IMG/VR virus record: IMGVR_UViG_3300010399_000034
Location: 1-64,000 of that record
Strand: one strand, 5' to 3'
Source of the DNA: a virus
Length of the DNA: 64,000 bases
Each line of letters opens with the position of its first letter. Within the stretch, counting starts at the first letter, position 1. Below, in pieces: positions 18,280-28,315 of this stretch. The position numbers and the translations under genes are program-made. The notes beneath the pieces are model-generated. The model did no database searches. It saw only the letters and a program-made list of their open reading frames with translations, and was not told the origin of the DNA.

Positions 18280-18668
18280 TGCGTTGTCCGATCCAGCGCG
18301 AGTTTCTGCGGCTGATCAACATGTCGCCCGCCGAGATGCGCCGTTGGACCAAGGACACCAAGTCGCGCTGCTACAACTACACCGAGGACGCGCCGCGTAC
18401 GCGCAAGATCGCCGATCTGAAAGCGAAGAACAGAAAGCGCTGGACCTCTGAAGACTGCGCGCTCGCCTCGGCTGCGGTCGCGTACGTGAAGCGCATGAAG
18501 AGCGCGGCTTCGGGTAAGCAGCTCTGTCACCCGCAGATCACCGGGTCCTTGCGGAGCTGGGGCCATCGATCGCGCTGTGCGCCTCGTAAGTGCGAGCAGC
18601 TGAGCGAGACGAAGCTCGCCGGTACGCCTCGTGTTGCATGGCGGAAGATTCCAATCAAGAAGCCTTGA
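18279..18668 (+). CDS. DUF3140-like protein
   Basis: EFLRLINMSPAEMRRW...AYVKR...SLRSWGH matches the DUF3140 pattern (F..LVNM...EL..W...SL.NWGH). Confidence 0.6.
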   Translation: MRCPIQREFLRLINMSPAEMRRWTKDTKSRCYNYTEDAPRTRKIADLKAKNRKRWTSEDCALASAAVAYVKRMKSAASGKQLCHPQITGSLRSWGHRSRCAPRKCEQLSETKLAGTPRVAWRKIPIKKP

Positions 18669-18701
18669 CGGGCATTCAGTGTTCGGGCAGGTTCGGTCAA
18701 G

Positions 18702-18914
18702 ATGTCGACGAAAGTGAACGGTCGTCCGCACAGTCTCAAGGATGCGCCTGTCGTGGTCTGCGCGATATGCGAGTGGCCGTTTGACAAGAGCCTCGTCGGG
18801 CTGAGCTGTGTCGGGCATATCGGCGTTCACGCGAAGGCGATCCGCTCCCGCGAGCTTCTTCGTTCGGTCGTACAAGACAATGCCTCCGAACATCTGCGGC
18901 TCTACGGACGATGA
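18702..18914 (+). CDS. Small zinc-finger-like protein
   Basis: CAIC...HIGVH. Confidence 0.45.
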   Translation: MSTKVNGRPHSLKDAPVVVCAICEWPFDKSLVGLSCVGHIGVHAKAIRSRELLRSVVQDNASEHLRLYGR

Positions 18915-18917
18915 GCG

Positions 18918-21461
18918 GTGAGAGTCGCCGGCTTCGTCAAGGTCCGTAACGAGATCATCCGGGAGGGGAACCTCTACCGCTTGCTCGCGCAGCTCGAGCA
19001 GCTCTGCGACTGCGGCGTGATCTGCGACGACGCGTCGACCGACGGCACCAAGGAAGCGATCGACCGCTGGATCGATGCACAGAGCGACCACGCCGCGTCG
19101 GAGCTCAAAGACAACCTTCCGTGGATCCCGCTCCACGTCGAGCCCAAGGAGCAGAACTTCGCGAACGAGATGACCGTCAAGCAGGAGATGCTAGACGTCC
19201 TTCATCACTTCTCGTCCGACCTTGGCTGGCGGCCAGACTGGATCCTCTGGATGGACGGCGACGAGCTCTTCGAGCAACGCGCCTTCGATGACGGCGGCGG
19301 TGCGTGGACTGCTGGCGTTATTCGCTTTCGCGCGTGGTTGGATGCCATGGAGCGGGAGACGTCGGTCGACGTCTGGGCCTTTCACTACACGCAGCTCTGG
19401 CGCGGGCTCGAGTGGGCGCGGGTCGATGATGGCTTCGACGACGGGTGGTTCTGGAAGCTCTGGCGCTACAGCCCCGAGCTCTCGTTCACGACGGCCGACG
19501 GCGCGCTTCATCGAGCACAGTTCCCGCAGAACTTCATGGACCCGATCATGCGCGCTGTGAATCGACACGGCGGCAGTCACGGCAAGGCGCAGCGCGCTCC
19601 GTGGGAAGTGCTGCACCTCGGCAACGTAGGCAAGAATCTGATCTGGAAGGCGATCCAATACAGGAACTCCGGGCTGCTCGAGCCGCTCTCGCTCAAGCGG
19701 CACCTCTATTTCGGTTCGCGGGCTCAGTACCGAAGGGTGCCGGAAGAGATCCTTCCGGGTTCGGTCGAGCTCCTCGCGATGGCATCTATGGCTGAAGACA
19801 CGGTGGGAAGAAGCATGGTCTTTACATCTGACGAGCGTGCACTGATCGAGCGCATGGGTGACATGAAGAAGCGGGAGGGGCTCTTCGTCGTGATCGTGCC
19901 GACGTACAACCGCGGCATGCTTCTCGATCGCACGCTTCAATCCGTGCTCGATCAGAGCATCAACGATTGGGTCTGTGTCGTGCTCGACGACGGATCGACC
20001 GACGAGACGCCAGCCGTGATGAAGCGCTGGACCAACAAGGATCCGCGCTTCTTCTACTGTCGCTACGAAGAGAACCGTGGCGGCGTCGCGATGAACGAGA
20101 TCGGGATGCGCATGAGTGTCGAGTTCGGCGAGTTCTGGGTTCGCCTCGGCTCGGACGACTATTTCAAGTCGCACAAGCTCGAGCTCGACAGGCTCGCTTT
20201 CAACTTCGGTGCAGCGGCGTGCTACGGCCCGTACCGCGATCTGCACGGCACGGATTCCGAGCGCGAGCTGCGCGGTCTGCCGACGGATGCTCGTGGCGCG
20301 CTCCTCTCGGACGGCTTCGCGGCAGGTTGGGCGAACGTCGCAGTCCGAACGAGCGTGCTCGAGAAGGTGCTCGAGGTCTTCGGCTCTTTCTGCGATCCAG
20401 CCATTCGCAACATGGAGGACTGGCCAGTCAATGCGCGGATCGCGCGCATCGTCGAGTTCGCGTGGCGCGGCTTCGTTCCGCGCGAACGCGGTGCGGATAC
20501 GGGCGAGTTCCTCTTCGGTCTCGGGCAGGCGCTCGAGTCGCGTAATCTGCTCGGCGAGCATGACGTCGATCTTCTCCTCCATGACGCCGTCTGGCACATC
20601 GGCGCCGACGGCGCATCGCAGAAGGGCGATCAGTGCGCGAAGGATACGGCTGTCGTCGTGAAGCAGCTCGTCGCAGATAACGATCGCCTTCGCCCCGCGC
20701 CACGTGCGGAGAAGAAGATCGTTCGTGCGCGCTACACGCTTCAGAATAAACCGGTCTTCACACCAGCCGTGGGTCCTGCCGACGCCGATCCAGAAGAGCT
20801 GCCGAAGCCGGCAGCATACAGTGAGCCCCGAACGCTCACGTACAAGCAGGACGACATGCTCAGCGCGCAGCGTGCGTTGATCGCGCAGCTCATCCCGCAC
20901 TTGAAGTGGCGTCATCACGGCATCGGCGCACTTCAGGCGTACGTGCTCGAGAAGGGCGAGCCGGAGATGCGCATTCACATCTGGCATCCGCGTCTCGTGA
21001 TGCCCGGCAAGCTCTCGATGCACGATCACCGCTTCGACATGACGAGCGACGTGCTCCTCGGCGAGATCGATCACGTCGAGATGATCCTCACGCCGGACGA
21101 GAGCGGCACCTATCAGAAGTGGGCGATCATGAACGCGCGTCGTGCCGAAGAAGGCAAACAGATCAACGAAGCGCTCACGCTTCAGCCGGGCCGCTTCAAC
21201 TCGCGTGACGTGGCGTACACGATCAAGGCCGGCGAGAGCTATCACTTCCCGCGTCGCTGCTTTCATCGATCCGCGATTCGTGGGCTCGCGGTGACGCTCG
21301 TGACCAAGTGGCGGCAAGAAGATCGGTACGCCTACGTGCTCTCGCCGTTCGGCGTCGACCCGGTCTACGGCTTCGACTTCGACAAGACGCGCGTGGATAC
21401 AGGCTCGGTGCTCGAGGAAGCGCGTACTGCGCTTCTCGCTGCGGTGCTTCAAAGCAGGTGA
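18918..21461 (+). CDS. Tandem GT2 glycosyltransferase with C-terminal cupin-like domain
   Basis: VKVRNE...DDASTDGT...MDGDE and VIVPTYNR...DDGSTDET...GSDD; C-terminal IHIWH...HDHRF...FH. Confidence 0.85.
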   Translation: MRVAGFVKVRNEIIREGNLYRLLAQLEQLCDCGVICDDASTDGTKEAIDRWIDAQSDHAASELKDNLPWIPLHVEPKEQNFANEMTVKQEMLDVLHHFSSDLGWRPDWILWMDGDELFEQRAFDDGGGAWTAGVIRFRAWLDAMERETSVDVWAFHYTQLWRGLEWARVDDGFDDGWFWKLWRYSPELSFTTADGALHRAQFPQNFMDPIMRAVNRHGGSHGKAQRAPWEVLHLGNVGKNLIWKAIQYRNSGLLEPLSLKRHLYFGSRAQYRRVPEEILPGSVELLAMASMAEDTVGRSMVFTSDERALIERMGDMKKREGLFVVIVPTYNRGMLLDRTLQSVLDQSINDWVCVVLDDGSTDETPAVMKRWTNKDPRFFYCRYEENRGGVAMNEIGMRMSVEFGEFWVRLGSDDYFKSHKLELDRLAFNFGAAACYGPYRDLHGTDSERELRGLPTDARGALLSDGFAAGWANVAVRTSVLEKVLEVFGSFCDPAIRNMEDWPVNARIARIVEFAWRGFVPRERGADTGEFLFGLGQALESRNLLGEHDVDLLLHDAVWHIGADGASQKGDQCAKDTAVVVKQLVADNDRLRPAPRAEKKIVRARYTLQNKPVFTPAVGPADADPEELPKPAAYSEPRTLTYKQDDMLSAQRALIAQLIPHLKWRHHGIGALQAYVLEKGEPEMRIHIWHPRLVMPGKLSMHDHRFDMTSDVLLGEIDHVEMILTPDESGTYQKWAIMNARRAEEGKQINEALTLQPGRFNSRDVAYTIKAGESYHFPRRCFHRSAIRGLAVTLVTKWRQEDRYAYVLSPFGVDPVYGFDFDKTRVDTGSVLEEARTALLAAVLQSR

Positions 21462-21464
21462 TTT

Positions 21465-22808
21465 ATGGAGAAGAAGATTGCGATCCACGGTCTCGGCTAC
21501 GTCGGTCTGACGGCCGCAGTGCACTGGGCTCGAGCCGGGTGGACGGTCTTCGCCTTCGATCTCGACACGCGCGTCATCGAGGCCTTGCGCGCTGGTAAGC
21601 CCCGTGCAGGCGAGTTCCTTGGCTACCTCGACGAAGACGTAGGGCGACTTGTGGACGCAGGTCTGCTTCTTCCAACGCACCTCTTCGCCGATACGCTCGA
21701 GTGCCTCGTTCATTCGATCGCGGTGCCGACGGAGAAGGAGGGCTTCCCGCACGACGGGATCGTACTGAAGCTCCTCGATCGGCTGCTTCGCAAGACGCAG
21801 CCCGGGACGACGATCCTCGTCGAGTCCACGCTCACGCCTGGCACGATCGATCGGCTCTTCACGACCGAGCTCGAAGATCCGCTCGAGCCAAGTGGCAAGT
21901 GCTTGCGTGTCGATTTTATGCCGCTTGGCGTTGACAGCAGCGGGCAGGATATTCCAGGGCTGCCGCGACGTTACCTCGCGGTCTGTCCGCGACGCGATTG
22001 GTTCGCGAGCGAAGAGCACAGCCTTTCAACGCTGCGACGCAACGTCGGCGGCGTCACACCGGCATGTACATCGCGCGCCGTCGAGCTCCTGCTCCACGTC
22101 TCTCCGAACATCGACACGGCTGACCATCGCACGATCGAGATCACTAAGGCGCTCGAGAACGCGTGGCTGCACGCGTCGATCGGCATCGCACACGAGCTCG
22201 CGCTCAACCTGAAGAACGGCGCAGACGTCTCCCGCGCTGTCGAGCTCGCATCGACGCACTGGCGACTTCCGGCGCTCTTCTCATCGGCTGGCGCAGGTGG
22301 CCGCTGTGTACCACTCGGGACGCGTTATTTGCTCGATGCGTCGGGACCTGGCGGCATCTTCGAGGCCGTCAATACAGCCGAGCGTCACATCCGCGTCGGC
22401 GTTGCATCGGCGGTCGCGCAGCGTCGTGCGAAGACGGCGCTCGTTCTCGGCGTTGCGTACCGTCCGAACTTTCGCGATGCGGGACTCTCGCCAGGTCTCG
22501 ACGCTGCTCGCTACATGCGACAGGCCTTCGGTGTCGAGGTCACGGTCGCCGATCCAATGTGGTCGCGTGACGAGCTCGCGAACATCGCCGGCTTTCCGGT
22601 GCTCGATGGGCTCGACGTCAGCGCGTTCGACGCAGTCATCCTCGCGACGCCGCACGCGTGCTGGACGACGCCGTACAGCTTCGAGGGCTGGCGCGCCGGG
22701 CAGCTCGTCCTCGACACGCAGCGGACGTGGTTCGCGACGCATCTCGATTGGGCGGCACGCGGCATCGAGTACAGCTACGTCGGCGCGCCTGGATGGTTGA
22801 AGTCGTGA
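21465..22808 (+). CDS. wecC: Nucleotide-sugar dehydrogenase (UDP-glucose/GDP-mannose DH family, WecC-like)
   Basis: GLGYVG Rossmann motif, IAVPT, VESTLTPGT, K.LEN, GGRCVP catalytic Cys, LGVAYR. Confidence 0.8.
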   Translation: MEKKIAIHGLGYVGLTAAVHWARAGWTVFAFDLDTRVIEALRAGKPRAGEFLGYLDEDVGRLVDAGLLLPTHLFADTLECLVHSIAVPTEKEGFPHDGIVLKLLDRLLRKTQPGTTILVESTLTPGTIDRLFTTELEDPLEPSGKCLRVDFMPLGVDSSGQDIPGLPRRYLAVCPRRDWFASEEHSLSTLRRNVGGVTPACTSRAVELLLHVSPNIDTADHRTIEITKALENAWLHASIGIAHELALNLKNGADVSRAVELASTHWRLPALFSSAGAGGRCVPLGTRYLLDASGPGGIFEAVNTAERHIRVGVASAVAQRRAKTALVLGVAYRPNFRDAGLSPGLDAARYMRQAFGVEVTVADPMWSRDELANIAGFPVLDGLDVSAFDAVILATPHACWTTPYSFEGWRAGQLVLDTQRTWFATHLDWAARGIEYSYVGAPGWLKS

Positions 22809-23692
22809 CGAAGTACGTCTCGCTCTCCACGGATCAGAAGGTCGCGTATGCGATCTGGGCGCCGCTCGTCGTTCGCTTCTGGCGGCACCTCGGCTATACG
22901 CCGATCGTCTTCGTGCACCATGGCGATTGGAGCGGGCGATTCGAAGACTTCGTTCTGGCAACGCTCGTCAAGACTCCCGGTGTTCGACTCGAGTATGTCC
23001 CGCGCACCGAGCCGCTCTCGGTCGGGAACACGATGCGTGTCGCGCGACTTGCCGCGGGCTCGCTAGCCGGCATTCAGCCCGACGACTTCATTATCACGGC
23101 CGACATCGACATGGCGCCGATCTCGCGCGCGTTCTTCGAACGCGACCCGGCGCAGATCTGGCTCTTGCGTGCGGACATGTACGGCGGGATTCCTGGCGCC
23201 GCAGGCCTCTTACATGACAAGCAGCCGGCGTTGATCTGCGGACAGTTTCGGCTTCCGCTCTGCTACATCGGGATGCCTGCAATCGTCTGGCAGAAGATCA
23301 TGCCGTACGCCGACGGCGATCCGATCCGCTCCATTCGCAACATCAACCACGGGCTCGGCTGGGATGCTCACGATCACGACGAGGCGTGTACGTCGGCGCG
23401 CTTGCTTCTCTCGAGCTGGGGCGCGGGCCCGCTCGTCTGGCAGGAAGATGGGACGTGGAAGCAAGGCGCGCTGAACATCATCCCGAAGACCGACTGGCCC
23501 AAGGGGACGCCGATCGGGATGCTCCTCGGCGGACAAGCTCGCACGTACAAGGAGCTTGACCCTAGCATTGTAGACTGGCATATGAAGGAAGTCGGGCGCT
23601 GGGTTGGAAGCGCCCTCTCTGTCTTCTGGCCGGAAGAGAAGGACTTCATCGACTCGTACTGGCCTGAAGCGTGTCGGCTCGCAGGGGTGTGA
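22805..23692 (+). CDS. Putative glycosyltransferase (GT-A, DxD)
   Basis: GTGA overlap; FIITADIDMAP DxD motif; position inside sugar cluster. Confidence 0.55.
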   Translation: MTKYVSLSTDQKVAYAIWAPLVVRFWRHLGYTPIVFVHHGDWSGRFEDFVLATLVKTPGVRLEYVPRTEPLSVGNTMRVARLAAGSLAGIQPDDFIITADIDMAPISRAFFERDPAQIWLLRADMYGGIPGAAGLLHDKQPALICGQFRLPLCYIGMPAIVWQKIMPYADGDPIRSIRNINHGLGWDAHDHDEACTSARLLLSSWGAGPLVWQEDGTWKQGALNIIPKTDWPKGTPIGMLLGGQARTYKELDPSIVDWHMKEVGRWVGSALSVFWPEEKDFIDSYWPEACRLAGV

Positions 23693-24036
23693 TCGTGCGT
23701 CTTCTCGGGTGGAGCTCGGTGCTTCTTGGATGCGTCTCGGTGCATCCATCGTTGCGCGTCGTCCCGGCGTTGGAGATCGACGATCCGACGTACGCGCAGG
23801 CGCAGCGCGGGTGTGTCGAAGCTCGTGCGCATGCTGCGGGTGACGAGGACGCGCTCTTCGAGGTTGATCGCATCTGCCAGACGGTGGAGGTCGGCTTCGC
23901 GTTCTTGCGCGAGCACCCAACGATGACGGCCGAGCGCGCGATCGATGAAGGCGTGCACGGTGTCGACGCCGAGGCCCTCAGTGCAGGCCTCGGCGCGTGG
24001 ATGGAGCTCCAAGAGCTCGTGCGAGGCCTCCGATGA
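23689..24036 (+). CDS. Hypothetical protein, possible lipoprotein
   Basis: GTGA overlap; VLLGC lipobox-like. Confidence 0.45.
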   Translation: MIVRLLGWSSVLLGCVSVHPSLRVVPALEIDDPTYAQAQRGCVEARAHAAGDEDALFEVDRICQTVEVGFAFLREHPTMTAERAIDEGVHGVDAEALSAGLGAWMELQELVRGLR

Positions 24037-24692
24037 GAGAAGCAGTCTGGAACGCCTTCCAATGGCTTCAGACGGACGGCGCTTACCCGAACGGGCCGCA
24101 GCCTGCCGCGCTCTGCCACGTCTACCGCGCAGCGAACGAGGGTTGGCTGCCGAAGGACGTCGATGTCACACGCATCCTTGTTGTAGGGCCCGGGTCGCAT
24201 CACGAAGTCGACCTCCTCGTCTCGAAGCTCGGGCAGACGGCGCGTGTGACTGTGCTGACTGCGTACGAGGGCGAAAGCTACGAAGGGTACGGGCACGTCA
24301 GCGACGACGTTCACGACACGGATCTGCCCTCCGCGTATTTTGATCTGATCTTCAGCTCGAACGTCTTCGAGCACGTCTTCGCGCCGTACGTTGCGCTGAT
24401 GGAGTGTCGGCGGCTTCTTCGCAAGGGCGGTTACTTCTACGCGATCGTGCCGACGTTCGACACGGCCGGCGGCGGCGTCACGCCGTGGCACATCTCCTGT
24501 CTCGCAGGAAAGCATTGGTCCGAGCTCCTCAACAAGACCGGCTTCGTCTGTGAGCGCATCGAACACGTCGGCGAAACGCTCGAAGGCGGCGCGCTCGAGA
24601 TGTACTTCCACATCCGTGCTCGTGCTGTCGACCTTCAAGAGCCACACGCCGAAGTCATGCGCCGACTGATCGAAGCGAAGGAATCACGATGA
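24033..24692 (+). CDS. Class I SAM-dependent methyltransferase
   Basis: LVVGPGS, FDLIFSSNVFEH, LLRKGG. Confidence 0.8.
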   Translation: MREAVWNAFQWLQTDGAYPNGPQPAALCHVYRAANEGWLPKDVDVTRILVVGPGSHHEVDLLVSKLGQTARVTVLTAYEGESYEGYGHVSDDVHDTDLPSAYFDLIFSSNVFEHVFAPYVALMECRRLLRKGGYFYAIVPTFDTAGGGVTPWHISCLAGKHWSELLNKTGFVCERIEHVGETLEGGALEMYFHIRARAVDLQEPHAEVMRRLIEAKESR

Positions 24693-25396
24693 ACATTGAC
24701 AAGGCTCGTTCGTTCTGGAAGGTCGCGCGCGACTTCCCGCCCGAGAAGGAGACCGTCTATCCCGCACACGCGAAGGCGCACCACTTCGACGAGCAGGCGA
24801 AAGGACGCGTGCTCGAGTACGGCTGCGGCGGTGGGAGCGACACGATCTCGCTGCTTAGGCGTGGTGCCGAAGTCTTCTTCGTCGACATCGTCTCGGAGAA
24901 CGTAGCGACGACGCGCGAGCGCGTGACGCAGTGGTGCCGTGATCAAAAGGGCGTTGCCCCCGAAGGGCGCGCTGTGGCCGCCGGCTGCATCCTCGAGCGC
25001 TCCGAAGACCTTCCGTTCGAAGAGGCGTGCTTCGATTCGGTCAACTGCCACGGCGTGCTGCACCACATTCCAGTCACGACGATGTTCGATGTGATCCAGG
25101 AAATGCTCCGCGTGCTCAAGCCGGGCGGGCATCTCTACGCGATGCTCTATACCGAACATCTCTGGAAGAAGTGCTGGCCGACGATGGAGGGGCTGATCAA
25201 CCAACGCAGGTGGGCCGACGATCGCGCCTTCGGCTACATGACCGACGGCGGCAACGATTCGGACTGGTGCATCGCGCGGTCGTACACTGAAGCGGAAGGC
25301 CGCGAGCTCTTCGAGGAGCTCGGCTTCGAGTTCGTAGAGGCGACCGAGTACAACGACGCCGATTTTCGGACCTTCGTCTTGAGGAAGCCGCTGTGA
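24689..25396 (+). CDS. Class I SAM-dependent methyltransferase
   Basis: VLEYGCGGG, LPFEEACFD, GVLHH, RVLKPGG. Confidence 0.9.
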   Translation: MNIDKARSFWKVARDFPPEKETVYPAHAKAHHFDEQAKGRVLEYGCGGGSDTISLLRRGAEVFFVDIVSENVATTRERVTQWCRDQKGVAPEGRAVAAGCILERSEDLPFEEACFDSVNCHGVLHHIPVTTMFDVIQEMLRVLKPGGHLYAMLYTEHLWKKCWPTMEGLINQRRWADDRAFGYMTDGGNDSDWCIARSYTEAEGRELFEELGFEFVEATEYNDADFRTFVLRKPL

Positions 25397-26070
25397 CAGA
25401 TGAACGAACGAAGGTCGATCACGACGTTCAGGCCTGGTACGCCGATCCGTCGCGTTGGGCGCCGCAGGGCAAGAGCTACGAATGGCCGGATCGCGTGCTC
25501 CTCGCCGACGGCGAACAACAAGGCGCGTTGGTGCACAACAAGGACGTGCTCAATCTCGGCTGCTTCTATCCCGAGGACGAGCTTTACTTCGGGCATACCG
25601 CTCGGACGTGGACGGCGATCGACTTCGTGCCAGACGTGATCGCGCTCTGTCTCTCACGCTTCGAGTGGACGAAGAATGTCAGCTTTCTCGTCGCCGACAT
25701 GCGGGCGCTTCCGTTCGCCGACGCGTCCTTCGACGTGGTGACCGACTTCTCGTCGGGCGATCATCTTCTTCGCGAGGACTGGCACAAGGTCATCACCGAA
25801 GCGCATCGTGTCCTTCGTCCCGCCGGGCACTTTCTCGTCTGCTACGCCAACCGTGCGGCCTTTGAAGCGCTCGGGCCGTACTGGAAAGAGTGTGGCGACC
25901 GCCCCGGGGACTACGGCTACGTTCGGACGGATACGAAAGAGGCCATGCAGCAGATGCTCGAGGAGCGCGGCTTCATGGTGATCAAGCACTCGCACGACAA
26001 CGTCGGACAGCTCCGTTCGGGGATGTTGGCGGTGAAGCGCTCGCCAGCGCGTACGTCCAGTCGCCCGTAG
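25393..26070 (+). CDS. Class I SAM-dependent methyltransferase
   Basis: VLNLGC, ADMRALPFADASFD, RVLRPAG. Confidence 0.85.
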   Translation: MTDERTKVDHDVQAWYADPSRWAPQGKSYEWPDRVLLADGEQQGALVHNKDVLNLGCFYPEDELYFGHTARTWTAIDFVPDVIALCLSRFEWTKNVSFLVADMRALPFADASFDVVTDFSSGDHLLREDWHKVITEAHRVLRPAGHFLVCYANRAAFEALGPYWKECGDRPGDYGYVRTDTKEAMQQMLEERGFMVIKHSHDNVGQLRSGMLAVKRSPARTSSRP

Positions 26071-26101
26071 TGCAGTGCTAGACTGCAAGTCGAGGTGAGC
26101 A

Positions 26102-26857
26102 ATGCCGAGTGAAGCGAACGACGAACGGATTTGGTGGGATGCGGCCGCGGTCGACATTCAATCCGCGAAGGGCAAGATCGCAGCGGACGAGTCAGCGTGG
26201 AGCGGCGAGCTCCTCGAGCGTTGCCTCGAGCAGATCATACCGACACTCGATGCTCACTGCGATCGGGCGAAGCCGGCGTGCGTCCTCGATCTCGGCTGCG
26301 GCATAGGGCGGCTCACGATTCCGATCTCGCAACGACGGCTCAACTGGACGCTGCACGGCGTGGACATCTCGTGGAACATGATCGAGCTTGCCTACAAGCT
26401 CGACGCCCACATTCAATGGAGCACGTGCAACGGACGAACGCTGCCGTACGACGAAGCAGCATTCGATGCCGTGTACTCGATGATCACACTTCAGCACCTC
26501 CCGCGCGAAGCGCAGCGTGGCTACATCCATGAAGTCGCGCGTGTGCTTCTTCCAGGAGGCGTCTTTCGCTTCCAGGTGCTTGAAGGAACGGCTGAGTCGT
26601 TCATGTGGAACGAACTAGACGAGGCGTATCTTCATGCGTCGTGTGCGGCGACAGGGTTGAAGATCACTGCGCTCAATCGCGTCGCACCGCTTTCGGGCGG
26701 CGATGCGAAGGTGCTCTGGGTGACCGCGGTGAAGCGTGACGCCACTCCGCCGGCGGCCGAGGAGCTCACGCCTGCCGAGGTGCCTTCGAAGAAGCCGAAG
26801 GCGGCCACCAAGAAGGACGTGAAGAAGACGACAACCAAGCGCGGGAGGAAGTCATGA
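26102..26857 (+). CDS. Class I SAM-dependent methyltransferase with K-rich tail
   Basis: VLDLGCGIGR, GVDIS, LQH, RVLLPGG; C-terminal KKPKAATKK... Confidence 0.9.
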   Translation: MPSEANDERIWWDAAAVDIQSAKGKIAADESAWSGELLERCLEQIIPTLDAHCDRAKPACVLDLGCGIGRLTIPISQRRLNWTLHGVDISWNMIELAYKLDAHIQWSTCNGRTLPYDEAAFDAVYSMITLQHLPREAQRGYIHEVARVLLPGGVFRFQVLEGTAESFMWNELDEAYLHASCAATGLKITALNRVAPLSGGDAKVLWVTAVKRDATPPAAEELTPAEVPSKKPKAATKKDVKKTTTKRGRKS

Positions 26858-26973
26858 ATCTCGACCTGAAACAGCCAGCGAGTTTCCTTCTGTGGAGCGT
26901 TGCGGTGTTGGTGTTCGCTGTGATCGCACGTCTGGGGTGGGAGCTTGGTGGTCGGCTCTGGACGATCTTCTGA
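26854..26973 (+). CDS. 39-aa membrane peptide (not in ORF track)
   Basis: GGAGG RBS; ATGA and TGATG overlaps on both sides; MNLDLKQPASFLLWSVAVLVFAVIARLGWELGGRLWTIF*. Confidence 0.55.
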   Translation: MNLDLKQPASFLLWSVAVLVFAVIARLGWELGGRLWTIF

Positions 26974-28037
26974 TGCGCACGCAGATCACACACCTGAAGC
27001 TCGCGCGCTATCCGGAGCTCCTCGCCGGGCCCGTGCGTCCAATACATTGGGACGTCGACCCGAGCTCGGTGTGCGATCATCGCTGCCGCGGATGCCCGTA
27101 CATCTTCGACGGGCCTATCGATCCGATGCTCGGTGTCGTTCGTCCCGAGTCGCACGTTGCGCGTCGTACGCTACTCGAGCTCGCGACCTTCTTGCGCTTC
27201 CTCGACCAGGCGGTCGAGAACGGTTGTAAGGCCATCACGTTCGTCGGCGGAGGCGAGCCGACGATCCATCCTGACTTCACGCGCATGATGCAGGCTGCAA
27301 CGGAACGCGGTGTGAAGTTCGGGGTCATCACGCACCTCGGGCGCAAGTACAGTCCGGACTTCTTCAAAGCACTCGCGCACGCGACGTGGGTGCGCGTCAG
27401 CGTGAACGCGGGGACGCCGGACACGTACCAGCGCCATCAGGGCAAGGACCACTTCACGCAGGCGATCGACAACATGGAGACGGCGGCCGAGCACGGGACG
27501 CGCGTCGGCATGTCGTTCTTGATCACGAACGACAACTACGAAGAGATCGTGCTCGCAGCGGCGCATACCAAGGCCGTCGGCGGCCACTTCATTCAGTACA
27601 AGCCGATCATCGAGCTCGAGCTCGGTAAGGCCTACGAGGGCATCGAAGAGGCGATCGCGAAGCGGCTCGAGGCCGCTCGTGGTCTCGTCGAAGACGGCTT
27701 CCAGGTCATCGATCAGTGGTCCTCGCGCTTCGAGGAGCTCCGTCGCCACGAGCGTGGCGAGTTCAAGGGGCTGTGTCACGTCCCACGTTTCAATCCGAAG
27801 CTCGGCGCCAACGGCATCGTCTACACGTGCTGCGAGCTCGCATACTCCGAAGAGGGCGCGATCGGCTCCATCTACGACGAGCCGCTAGTCGACATCCTCG
27901 AGCGCGCTGGTAAGAAGTGTATGGAGATGAGCAAGTGCCCGCACTGTTGGGACAAGCCTCTCAACACGCTGATCAACGAAGGTCGCCTCGGCGAGGCGCA
28001 GGTCCCGCCCGAGAGCATCGACAAGGAGTTCGTGTGA
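26973..28037 (+). CDS. Radical SAM protein with SPASM/twitch domain
   Basis: CDHRCRGC (CxxxCxxC), GGGEP, C-terminal CHVP...GIVYTCC...CPHC. Confidence 0.9.
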   Translation: MRTQITHLKLARYPELLAGPVRPIHWDVDPSSVCDHRCRGCPYIFDGPIDPMLGVVRPESHVARRTLLELATFLRFLDQAVENGCKAITFVGGGEPTIHPDFTRMMQAATERGVKFGVITHLGRKYSPDFFKALAHATWVRVSVNAGTPDTYQRHQGKDHFTQAIDNMETAAEHGTRVGMSFLITNDNYEEIVLAAAHTKAVGGHFIQYKPIIELELGKAYEGIEEAIAKRLEAARGLVEDGFQVIDQWSSRFEELRRHERGEFKGLCHVPRFNPKLGANGIVYTCCELAYSEEGAIGSIYDEPLVDILERAGKKCMEMSKCPHCWDKPLNTLINEGRLGEAQVPPESIDKEFV

Positions 28038-28315
28038 GCCGGCCGACTATCAGTGATTCGGAATACTGGGCGGCTGTAAAGGCCGTTCCGCCACCAATCG
28101 GAACGCAGTGGGAGTCCGATCCTTCTGCGTCGAGCGATCGACTGCGCTTGTTTCGCAACCAAGGCGGTGAGATTTGCGTCGTCTATCCCGACGGTGTGTG
28201 GGCTGTTGACGAACGTGGCGGCTACAACTTCTGTGCGCGTGGCCGAGAGGTCGATCTACACTCTGCGATGCGTCGTGCATTGCGTGTCGCGGAAGCGCTT
28301 GGTTGGTTCGAATGA
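28034..28315 (+). CDS. Hypothetical protein
   Basis: GTGA/ATGA coupling on both sides. Confidence 0.5.
   Translation: MSRPTISDSEYWAAVKAVPPPIGTQWESDPSASSDRLRLFRNQGGEICVVYPDGVWAVDERGGYNFCARGREVDLHSAMRRALRVAEALGWFE

Noticed and set aside
19191-22019. 942-aa minus-strand ORF and many other long antisense ORFs (e.g. 6118-7359, 14038-15153, 34541-35668)
   Set aside because: Shadow frames of well-supported genes in GC-rich DNA; no motifs and no coupling to neighbours
24033-26857. Methyltransferases as DNA (restriction-modification) methylases
   Set aside because: They lack DPPY/NPPY or PC motifs and look like small-molecule or sugar class I enzymes
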